A program made the translations under genes and the position numbers. Under the pieces are notes generated by a model. That model was not told the origin of the DNA. It searched no databases and saw only the letters and a program-made list of their open reading frames with translations. Shown piece by piece: positions 27,336-36,000 of a stretch of DNA of 64,000 nt. Source of the DNA: a virus. Position 1 is the stretch's first letter; every line of letters begins with the position of its first letter. Where the stretch lies: positions 20,216-84,215 of the IMG/VR virus record IMGVR_UViG_3300033571_009591; one strand, written 5' to 3'.

Positions 27336-27503
27336 TTAGTTAGTTGCCCAGAAGTCTTCTACTGCGAAGTTCTCGACCTTACTCACCTTGCGGTTTCGCT
27401 TGTTCATCTTGCGGTCTTGCTTGATTGTGTCAATTACGAAAGGTGAAGCGATTAGTAGGACACCTGTGAAGTAAGCGATAAATACTGCTGTATCTGATGA
27501 CAT
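27336..27503 (-). CDS. small membrane protein
   Basis: minus-strand promoter 27570, AGGGGA RBS, terminator 27298-27325. Confidence 0.6.
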   Translation of the reverse strand: MSSDTAVFIAYFTGVLLIASPFVIDTIKQDRKMNKRNRKVSKVENFAVEDFWATN

Positions 27504-27595
27504 TTTATTTCCCCTGTTCTGTAAGCACCCCTTGTGCTTATGAGATAAGTTTATCAAACTGTAGGCTAGTGTCAAGTATTATCAAGCGTTTTCTT

Positions 27596-27611
27596 TGTGA
27601 TGTCTGTCACA
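27596..27611. promoter_or_regulatory. CRP/GlxR-type site
   Basis: perfect TGTGA-TGTCTG-TCACA centred about -62 of the leftward promoter. Confidence 0.6.
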
Positions 27612-27640
27612 CAGATTGCTAGGCGATTACTAGATATCTG

Positions 27641-28028
27641 ACCAATCACGACCAGTTACGACCAGTCATCTAGTAGAAGTTGTCTGTAGTTCATAGACCT
27701 ACTACCTATCAGCCAAGACCTATGTTACTCATTAGTAACCTACTCACTAGTAACTTACTCATCTTTTAGGTTAGTTCTTATATTAGTTTTTAGGTTACTC
27801 CCCAGTAACTTACTTATTTTTTATGTCACTATTTAATAACTTGCCCCCTACTAAATTACCCACTAATAAATTATCTATTAGTAGTCATTTACTTGCCTAC
27901 CCCCACCCACCAGTAGGCTACTCACTAGTAGATATTATTTCTCATAAGTTACTAATGAGTATTTTTTATATATTTTTTAAAATTCAATTTTTATCTTTTT
28001 TAGAAAAATTTAAAGTATTTAAATCTTA
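27641..28028. repeat. AT-rich array of TTACT-N4-AGTAA palindromes (ori/terminus-like)
   Basis: 27724, 27740, 27794, 27856, 27903, 27918, 27948; three 10-bp ACCARTYAY repeats at 27641-27670; A/T tract 27961-28028. Confidence 0.7.
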
Positions 28029-28226
28029 GTTGGCTATCGAAAAGGTAGAAGTCAGCAAAAAGTAAAATCTCCGGAAACGATTAAGAAACGCTCTAAAACT
28101 ATGCAAAGCCGTCTCGCAGGCCAAAAGCAAAAAACGGTACTGTTCATATGTTTTAACGCTTCGTCCAATGCTTCCGCTGCTTCAATATCCACTGTACGCC
28201 TTTGAAAAAGACTGTACGATAAGCCA

Positions 28227-28727
28227 GTGAAACATAGCCAGAAATTGCCAGACGACGAAGTTCGTTTTATTTCTGCCATGCCTCCAGAACTTATTCCAGG
28301 ACGCCTCCGCGCCCTCTGGGAAGCAGGCTGGTCTCTGGGAGTTATTGCTAAATCCCTCAAACCTGTCCGCCCAAAGTCCACAGTTCATTTCTGGGTTAAA
28401 AACGCCGCTAATCAGGAGCAAACACGAACAATTCCCTCTCCTCCAGCTAAATCTTTAACTTCTTCCGCTCCGCTTGCCTCTTCTCCTCGTATGCGTAGCA
28501 TCTCTCCAGAGGTTCCTCTTGATATGGTCGCTCATATTGGCCAGTTGGCAGAGTTGTCGAAACGTTACAGGTCTAAAACTCCTTCCTCTAGTCCCCTAGC
28601 GCAGGCAAATAGAGAACTTACAGAGATTGCCCTAGACCTTTATCACCGAGGAGTCCCCGCAGCCTCTATTGCTCAGGCCGCAGGAGTTACTTATCGTGCT
28701 ATGGCAAGGAGGATTGCTAATGGCTAA
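28227..28727 (+). CDS. tandem-HTH DNA-binding protein (paralog of 26242..26865)
   Basis: ALWEAGWSLGVIAKSL...KSTVHFW and RGVPAASIAQAAGVTYRAM. Confidence 0.75.
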   Translation: MKHSQKLPDDEVRFISAMPPELIPGRLRALWEAGWSLGVIAKSLKPVRPKSTVHFWVKNAANQEQTRTIPSPPAKSLTSSAPLASSPRMRSISPEVPLDMVAHIGQLAELSKRYRSKTPSSSPLAQANRELTEIALDLYHRGVPAASIAQAAGVTYRAMARRIANG

Positions 28728-29046
28728 GTCCGCGAGCAGTGAAGACCTTGTTGTAGCAGTCTGGGCTAATCCAAAGAAGCAAAAGGGACGCCCTAACGCC
28801 CGCACCCTTGAGACTCTTATCTCTGAGTCATCAATTCATCCTATTGCGATGTCTTTAGCCTCTTTGAAAGCAATTCAATCTTGGAAAAGCTGTCCAGTAG
28901 CAACAACTTCTATAGAAATAGACTTTTTGTTGACTCCAGAGATATCTAATAGAGAAAATCCTATTCTCATTCCGATATCTTTAGCCAAATCCTATCTGGG
29001 TTGGCAAGAATTCTATGTTTCACCGATACATGCGGAGAATAAGTGA
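28720..29046 (+). CDS. hypothetical protein
   Basis: AGGAGG RBS, overlap with previous stop. Confidence 0.65.
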   Translation: MAKSASSEDLVVAVWANPKKQKGRPNARTLETLISESSIHPIAMSLASLKAIQSWKSCPVATTSIEIDFLLTPEISNRENPILIPISLAKSYLGWQEFYVSPIHAENK

Positions 29047-29405
29047 GAATCAGAGCAGATGTTTTTCCAGCAGTGCTCACGATTGCTGACTCAGGCTCTC
29101 TAGAGGATATAAATGAACTACTTCCACGAGGTGGTGCGCCTAAGGGGGCTAGAAAGTTAGACAGATGTAGGATTATTGCTACCGAGGAAAAAATTATGGT
29201 TGTTGTTGACGACCCTTCTGGCCCAAAACTTATCTTTAGTGAAAATATAACCTTCTACTCTAAGGAAGAGAAGGTTCATAGGGTGATTACCGAGTCTGGA
29301 AAGATGATTGCTTTCCGAAAAGACGAAAATTGCGGATGTGGCTCACGCCTACGCAGTTGGAGCCTATATGGAAGCATTTTAATGTCACAAACGGACGGAG
29401 AATGA
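29043..29405 (+). CDS. hypothetical protein (CGCGSRLR motif)
   Basis: GTGA coupling. Confidence 0.7.
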   Translation: MRIRADVFPAVLTIADSGSLEDINELLPRGGAPKGARKLDRCRIIATEEKIMVVVDDPSGPKLIFSENITFYSKEEKVHRVITESGKMIAFRKDENCGCGSRLRSWSLYGSILMSQTDGE

Positions 29406-29692
29406 TGACAACGCTAGAGTTTTTAATTATGGGATTGGCTACATACAGAATCACTAGGCTAATTATTCGTGATGAATTACTAGCAAGACCTCGTAATTTC
29501 TTCTGGAAGAAGTTCCCTCCAGAGAAGTCTTTACTAGGGTATCTTCTGACTTGCCCTTGGTGTATAAGCATTTGGGTCGCATCAATTCTTCAGATATCTA
29601 GTATCATTAATCCAGAAGCCACGTATGTAGTCGAGATAATTTTTGCTCTATCTGCAATCGCTGGCCTGTTAACTGCACATGAAGAGCGGTAG
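29402..29692 (+). CDS. DUF1360 membrane protein
   Basis: ATYRITRLI.RDE...LGYLLTCPWCISIW; sits before portal. Confidence 0.8.
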   Translation: MMTTLEFLIMGLATYRITRLIIRDELLARPRNFFWKKFPPEKSLLGYLLTCPWCISIWVASILQISSIINPEATYVVEIIFALSAIAGLLTAHEER

Positions 29693-29730
29693 CCCCTCAT
29701 GTTCCGTAACAACGACGAGGAGTTAGATCA

Positions 29731-31494
29731 GTGAGCGTATTTAAGCGCAGCGAACCAAACAATGACTCTACCCCCGTCTCCGTGCCAAAAAAGAAATCTG
29801 CTCCTAAGAAAAAAAATCAGTCGAAGCAGACAACTCGTTCTCGCACACAATCTAGAATTCCTCAGGCTGCTCCGATAATTAGTGGAGCCGCATCTGTATT
29901 TTTATCTCAGTCAAATCAAGCTCAAGCAGTTCCATATAACCAACCTCGCTCTCTTACAGCAGCGGCGGTACAGGTAAAATTAAATGACAAAGGTGAATCA
30001 GAGCAATTTAGAAATCGCCGCTCTGCTGCTTCAAGCGCGTGGCAAGCAGAAGCATGGGAATACTACGACGCAATTGGTGAAATCAAGTACGCATTCAATC
30101 TTGTTGCATCAGTTGTATCACGAATCAGAATTTTTCCAGCAGTAATTGATGATCCTTCTCAGGCTCCAACATCAGTACGTTCTTCAACAACTTTAGATAA
30201 ACAACTATCTGCTGCAGCAGAGCGAGCACTTGCTCGTCTTGATTCTGCATACGGTGGACAAGCTGGACTCCTCCGAGATGCTGCACTCAACCTCTCAGTG
30301 GCTGGCGAATGTTATCTAGTGCAGATGCCAGAGCGTAAGGGCTCAGGTATTCCAGAGTCTTGGGATATTCGTTCTGTAGATGAAGTAGTTATAGATGCTC
30401 GTGGCGGATACAACGTAGTAAGTCGCCGTGAGCAGACAACTGGTGGCGGAAATACAGGACCAGCAACTCATTTAGGTAACAGCGCATTTGTTGGTCGCAT
30501 CTGGCGCTCACATCCACGCTTTTCTGATGAATCAGATTCTTCAATACGCGGTCTTTTAGACCTTTGCGCAGAGCTACTTCTTCTTAACAGAACATTCCGT
30601 GCGACTGCTCGCTCTCGCTTAAATGCTGGCGCACTTTATCTTCCAGATGGTTTATCAGTTGCTGCACAAGGCGACCCAGATTATCCGTATGAAGATGGAG
30701 ATGGTCAAACAGATCCTGGTTTCACAGCAGAAGAAGCAGAAGATGAGTTTGAAGATCAACTCATTGATGCGATGACAACTCCGATTCGTGATGAAGAGTC
30801 TGCATCCGCTGTTGTTCCACTTATTATTCGCGGACCTGCTGAACTTGGCGACAAGATTAAGCAGTTTAAGTTCGAACGTTCATTTGACCCAGCACTTGCA
30901 CAACGCGCAGACCGTGTTCTAGAACGCATCCTTCAGGGACTAGATGTTCCTAAGGATGTTGTTACAGGTCTTGCTAACGTTAAGTATTCAAACGCTTTAC
31001 AGATTGACGAAGGACTTTACAAAGCGCACATTGAGCCTTTGATGCTTCTTATTGTTGATGCTCTAACAATTGTTTACTTGCGTCCATACTTAATTGCTCA
31101 AGGCTATTCACCTGCAGATGTTGACCGCATTGTTGTTTGGTATGACCCATCAGCAGTTGCTACTCGCAATGACCGCGCAACTGATGCTGATGCTGGCTTT
31201 GATCGTGGCGCCGTTTCATACGAGACATGGCGTCGCGCTCATGGTTTCTCAAACGCAGATGCTCCTACATCAAACGAAATCGCAATTCGTATGTTGTTCG
31301 AGAAGGGTGCAATCACCCCAGAACTTACAGAATCAATGCTTGCAACTGTTGCCCCAGAGATGATGGAAGCAGTTCGCAATGCTCAGCAAGCAGCATCTGT
31401 TGCTCCGCTTCCACCAGGGCTTGAAGATATTCTCAAGGGAGCTACAGCAACCCCTGAGGCACCAGCAGAGCCTGCTCCAGGAACAGAGCAATAA
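29731..31494 (+). CDS. portal protein
   Basis: WQAEAWEYYDAIGEIKY, NLSVAGECYL, RIWRSHP, actinophage portal pattern; first large head gene. Confidence 0.85.
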   Translation: MSVFKRSEPNNDSTPVSVPKKKSAPKKKNQSKQTTRSRTQSRIPQAAPIISGAASVFLSQSNQAQAVPYNQPRSLTAAAVQVKLNDKGESEQFRNRRSAASSAWQAEAWEYYDAIGEIKYAFNLVASVVSRIRIFPAVIDDPSQAPTSVRSSTTLDKQLSAAAERALARLDSAYGGQAGLLRDAALNLSVAGECYLVQMPERKGSGIPESWDIRSVDEVVIDARGGYNVVSRREQTTGGGNTGPATHLGNSAFVGRIWRSHPRFSDESDSSIRGLLDLCAELLLLNRTFRATARSRLNAGALYLPDGLSVAAQGDPDYPYEDGDGQTDPGFTAEEAEDEFEDQLIDAMTTPIRDEESASAVVPLIIRGPAELGDKIKQFKFERSFDPALAQRADRVLERILQGLDVPKDVVTGLANVKYSNALQIDEGLYKAHIEPLMLLIVDALTIVYLRPYLIAQGYSPADVDRIVVWYDPSAVATRNDRATDADAGFDRGAVSYETWRRAHGFSNADAPTSNEIAIRMLFEKGAITPELTESMLATVAPEMMEAVRNAQQAASVAPLPPGLEDILKGATATPEAPAEPAPGTEQ

Positions 31495-33014
31495 TGGCTG
31501 ATATTAACGGCTGCCCTCCTGCTACACAGGACATTGCAATTAATCTTACTAACCGTAAGAAGGCAATTGATACTGCGATGTATGGCCCGCTTAATCCTGC
31601 GGAACCAAACGAAGAATATTGGAATGCACTTGGTCAAGAATGGAATGTAGATGCAGAAACTGCAAAGAAACAACGTTGCGGTAATTGCGCTGTCTTTATT
31701 CAGACTCCAGAGATGCTTTCTTGTATTGAAAAAGGTTTAACAGATAACACAGACGAGTTTGATTCAATTAACGAGGCTGGCGAACTCGGCTACTGCGAAA
31801 TCTTTGATTTTAAATGCGCATCAGCACGCACCTGCCGCGCCTGGGTTGCTGGTGGCCCAGTAACTGCAGCAGCGATAGACCTTATTAGTGATGTAGAACC
31901 AATGACAGCAGCGCAAGGTCCCTGCTGGGATGGATACAAGCAAGTAGGTATGAAGAAAGGCAAAGACGGAAAGATGGTTCCTAACTGTGTACCTGTTGAT
32001 GCTTCAGATTCTACAGAGTTTGCAAGTAAAGATAGAACTATTGCCCAAACTCCTGCTCCTAAAAAAGATAAAATAAAAGGCTCTAGCAAAAATAAAAAAG
32101 GTTCAGCATCTGGAACTAGAAAAGTTGTATTTAGTAAGGCAACAGAGAATACACTTTCTGCCAAAGTCAAAGAGCACAATGAAAAAGCACCAGCAGGTAG
32201 AAAAGCCTCTTTAGGAATGCTTAAGGCTGTATATCGCCGTGGCGCAGGAGCATTTTCTACATCTCACCGTCCTGGTATGAACCGCAATCAGTGGGCTATG
32301 GGTCGTGTTAACGCTTTCCTTAAACTTCTTAAATCAGGTAAGCCAACAAACTCTGCCTACACAACAGATAATGATTTACTACCAGCTAAACACCCTCGTT
32401 CAACAAAAAGAGATAACTCAATCACCGCCTCTGCTGGTTTAGTTCCAGAAGAGTCAGACCTAGCTAATGCTCTCGTCGAAATCGCCGAGAAGTATGGAAA
32501 GTTTAATGAAGATGCCACAGGAATTTGGGCAGGATATGTCTCAGCCGAAGAGAATAAGTACAAGGGAATCGGAGTCAAGTGCTCTTCTTGCGTTTTATAC
32601 ATGGGCAATGGCTCGTGCAGAATCATCGAACAAGAAGTCGAAGACGAAGGTAAATGTCGTTTTGCGGTTATTCCAGATGGGGTCGTTGATGTCGGAGTTC
32701 TCGAAGGCGAAAAACTTGGAAACGAAAATCGACTAAGAGAAGAAACTCTGCAGGAGTATCGTTTTGAACAAGAATTATCTGTCTCTCTAGGCAGTAGAGA
32801 AGATTACGATTCTCCAGAAGATGCCATACTTGCTATGGCAGAGTTTTCTGGAGCAGGGTATGAAGCAGAAGATGCAATTAGAGCGTCTTGGCTTCGTGCA
32901 GTTCGTGCGGGTGGAGACCCGTTTAGAAGAGCATCTCTATTAGCATTACATGGAGAACTCAGTCTTGACTCAGATTTACTACCAAGTTCAGAAGAAGAAG
33001 AGGATGACAACTAA
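31494..33014 (+). CDS. multi-domain head-associated protein
   Basis: CPPATQDIAINL..CGNC; CWDGYKQVGMK..VPNCVP; LKAVYRRGAGAF..QWAMGRVNAF; HiPIP-like CSSC..C..C. Confidence 0.7.
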   Translation: MADINGCPPATQDIAINLTNRKKAIDTAMYGPLNPAEPNEEYWNALGQEWNVDAETAKKQRCGNCAVFIQTPEMLSCIEKGLTDNTDEFDSINEAGELGYCEIFDFKCASARTCRAWVAGGPVTAAAIDLISDVEPMTAAQGPCWDGYKQVGMKKGKDGKMVPNCVPVDASDSTEFASKDRTIAQTPAPKKDKIKGSSKNKKGSASGTRKVVFSKATENTLSAKVKEHNEKAPAGRKASLGMLKAVYRRGAGAFSTSHRPGMNRNQWAMGRVNAFLKLLKSGKPTNSAYTTDNDLLPAKHPRSTKRDNSITASAGLVPEESDLANALVEIAEKYGKFNEDATGIWAGYVSAEENKYKGIGVKCSSCVLYMGNGSCRIIEQEVEDEGKCRFAVIPDGVVDVGVLEGEKLGNENRLREETLQEYRFEQELSVSLGSREDYDSPEDAILAMAEFSGAGYEAEDAIRASWLRAVRAGGDPFRRASLLALHGELSLDSDLLPSSEEEEDDN

Positions 33015-36000
33015 TGAGCCGTATTCGCCGCTTAAGCCAAGTAATTTCTGAAGAGGGTCGCCGTGCATTGGCATCTCAGCAGGCATCACGTATTCGCGAC
33101 ACCGCTTTTGGAATTGTCGACGAAGCAAACTTAAACGCATCTACGAGTCGTAAGATTACAAAGAAGGCTGCCTTCACAGTTGTACTTCGCTCATTACAAT
33201 CAACACGCAATCTTCCATTCTCACTTCGCGAGCACATGGCTATTAAAGAGCTTTCTCAATACATCACTCTTGCTCAAAGCGATAAATCTAACTCTCTTAC
33301 TCTTTCTAACACAGACCTTCTACCAGTTTCACACCCACGTTCTACCCGCAACCACGCAATGACTGCTTCTGCTCTTCTGGAAGCTCGCGCACGCTGGGTT
33401 GCAGATGACCCTCGCATTGTTGATGGGTACGCAAAAACAATTATTGCTTCTGCTCTTACATCTAAATATGCATCTGTAGAACATGTCTACTACAACTCTA
33501 TTCTTTCTAGCCTTCCTCAGGGCGTAGTTCCTGCAGAGGTTATTGTTGCTGCTAGTAATCCATTCTCAGGTGGAAACTCAAGTGCGGAGCGCTCACTTCG
33601 TGCTCGTTTACAGCGTCGTGACCGCTACGGTAGATTCGCATTTATGGGCGGCGGACTCAGCGCTCTCGTTCGTAGAAGCAATGGCAGAGTTTATAACCTT
33701 GTAGGTCGCCCAATCATTGATGGACCTAACGGCGATGACATTCAGATGGAACTTCCTGATGGAAGAATTGTAAACATTCCCGCATCAAAGGGTATGTTTA
33801 TTAAGGCTGTTATTAATCCTACTCCAGATGGATACAGTAAAGACACTGCAAAGACAGCAACAACGGGAAACATCATTAATGAAGAAGATTTGGTTTTTGT
33901 AGACGCACCTAAGGGATGGAGCAAGACTGGCACCAATACTTGGAGTGCTGAAGATGGTTGGAGCATTGAAAAAGGCAGAGATAAAAATGGCTTCTTCCAA
34001 TATGAGATTAAAGATCCTGCTGGAAAAACAGTAGGGACTAGTAGCGGAGATTGGGAAGATGCTTTAGACAGTATTGCAGAAAAGAAAGAAGGAAAGAAAG
34101 CTGTCCTTCCTTCAGATAACATAAACAACATTGTTCCAAAAAAGGCTCCTGTAGAAATTGGTGGTAACGGAGAAGGACCTAAGCCTCCAAAACCTTTCGA
34201 GTTTAAATACCCTGAAGGCGCAGTTAAAATTAAAATTGATGAGTCATACGAGCCTGAAGGTCGTAATGAGGAAGAAAGCCCAGATTTTACAGATGACCCT
34301 GTAGAACTCGGTCAGAAGTTTGACCCTAGAGATTTAATTCAAGCTTTAGAGCAAGGTGTTATTCCTCAAAATAAGGGAGAGAACGCTATTGGTTATGGTG
34401 TTCTTCGCTTTAACGGTGGAGATGAGTACGTCCCTGTACAAGCAATTTATAACGCACTTGATGAAGCAGGAGAAGATGCTCCTTTAGAACTCGCACGTAT
34501 TTATGATAAAGGTTTAGGAAACAACAGTAACGAAAACGCTCTTAAGGATAACCGTAAAGGCATCGCACGACTTGATCAATCAAAGCCAGATGTTGCAGAG
34601 TCATTTGAGCGCACTGTTTCTATGAATCCAGATGAGGTTCCAGCAACTAAAACACCAAAGTTTAGTGAAGCAGAGATGAATGAATCTTCACTTCCTCCAG
34701 TTCTTGAGGGTCTATCAGAGGCGGAGATGAGGCAGTTCATGGAAACAGGAGACCACACTCCTTATCTTCCAGAAAATGAATCAATTGATATGCCAGAGGG
34801 CTATAACAGTCTTGACCCTTCACCTTTTTCTTCTTGGCGTGAAGTAACTGCTGATACACCAGATGCAGTTCTTCCAGAAGGTTTTAGCGATAACCCAGTA
34901 TTTCTTGCTCAGTCAATTGACAGGCAGAGTCTAGAAACAGAGCTTCGTCGTTCTATTGAACCAGACTCTGCAACACCAGGATATGCAAACATTTCACTTC
35001 AAGATGAAGATGGCGAAGAGTTTGTTGCTAACGTTCCAGGAGAAGCAGTGCGTGATGCGCTTCAACTTCAGGGCGTAGATACAAATGAACTTATCAAAAG
35101 CATTGCTGATGAAGGTTTTGCTGGTCAGGAAGATCAGATAATCATGGACCCACCAAAAGATGGTGGTCAAGATATTAAAGATGTAGATAAAGCATTAGAT
35201 TTCTTAGATAAGCACATGGATGATATGGGCACTACTGAAGATGCCGCGATGGGCATCTCTCAAGCGCAGGAGCACCTTAAGGAAGCAAAGAAGGACCTTG
35301 AAAATGGAGATATAAAGTCTGCTATTTCATCTCTTGAAGATGCGTTTAACTTAATGGATGGCCTAGAAAGACCAAGCGAAGGCATCTTCCCTAACGGTGA
35401 GAACTCCGCTGAAGCTGTAGACGTTGTAAATAAACTAATTACTCGCCTACAAGAAGCAGATACTTCTAAAACATCAGGAGAGAAGTCAGTTGTAGAGAAG
35501 AAGCCAATGAATGCTTACGAGCGTTTGATGGCAGAAAATAAGGCAGCAGAGGACGCTGTTAAAGAGCGTAAAGCAAAACTTGATAAAGATGCTCAAGACC
35601 GAGTTGATGATATGGGACGACCTATCCCTGAAGGCTGGGGATTTACAACAAAGAACAAGCCTAACTTCGGTCAACTAGATAGACCAGATAACTATTTCAA
35701 TGTCTATGGAAATAACAATTTTGAAGCATCAGTAGATTCTGAAGGAAAGATTCTTGTTAAGGACCGTAACGGTCTTGTCCCAGATAAGTCTTACGATAAC
35801 TGGGAAGACCTACAAGCAGACCTAGCAAACCAGAAGGCAGAATACTCTTCTGCTGCTCGTGCGCGTGTAGCAGAGATTGCAAAAGGATATGGATATTCCG
35901 ATGAGCAGATTGCTTCATTTGATTCAATGTCCCAGCAAGAACTTGCTGACTTCTTTGCTAACCCAGACAATCACACACCTGCCTACGCTGACGCACTTGT

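Larger units (their letters stand above)
2483..27575. promoter_or_regulatory. array of >30 sigma70/HrdB-type early promoters (TTGACW-16..18-TANNNT)
   Basis: -35 boxes at 2483, 2704, 3783, 4125, 4451, 5322, 6217, 6508, 6962, 8659, 11116, 11729, 12725, 13447, 13723, 14335, 15109, 15729, 16069, 16836, 18096, 19135, 19256, 20279, 20462, 20988, 21286, 22152, 22750, 24112 (+) and ~27277, 27570 (-); most followed by an AAGGGG RBS and ATG. Confidence 0.85.
1329..27691. repeat. dispersed asymmetric motif B, consensus AACTACAAACAACTTC (~17 copies)
   Basis: + copies near 1669, 1726, 1942, 14713, 15581, 15673, 19099, 21242, 21815, 21905; - copies (RAGTTGTTTGTAGTT) near 1329, 1820, 3623, 3709, 26750, 27677. 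Confidence 0.85.
111..28067. repeat. dispersed asymmetric motif A, consensus WAGCAAAAAGTAAAAA (~27 copies)
   Basis: + copies near 111, 1767, 1993, 3656, 3964(G variant), 4189(G), 5570, 6191, 10652, 11701, 12245, 12645, 13261, 14665, 16801, 17937, 18446, 20219(G), 21197, 23354, 23696, 25474, 28053; - copies near 15621, 19051, 21856, 25843, 26819; none seen after 28.1 kb. Confidence 0.9.

Noticed and set aside
32084-32099. Motif A copy in late region (TAGCAAAAATAAAAAA)
   Set aside because: Lacks the invariant central G; explained by Lys/Asn codons.
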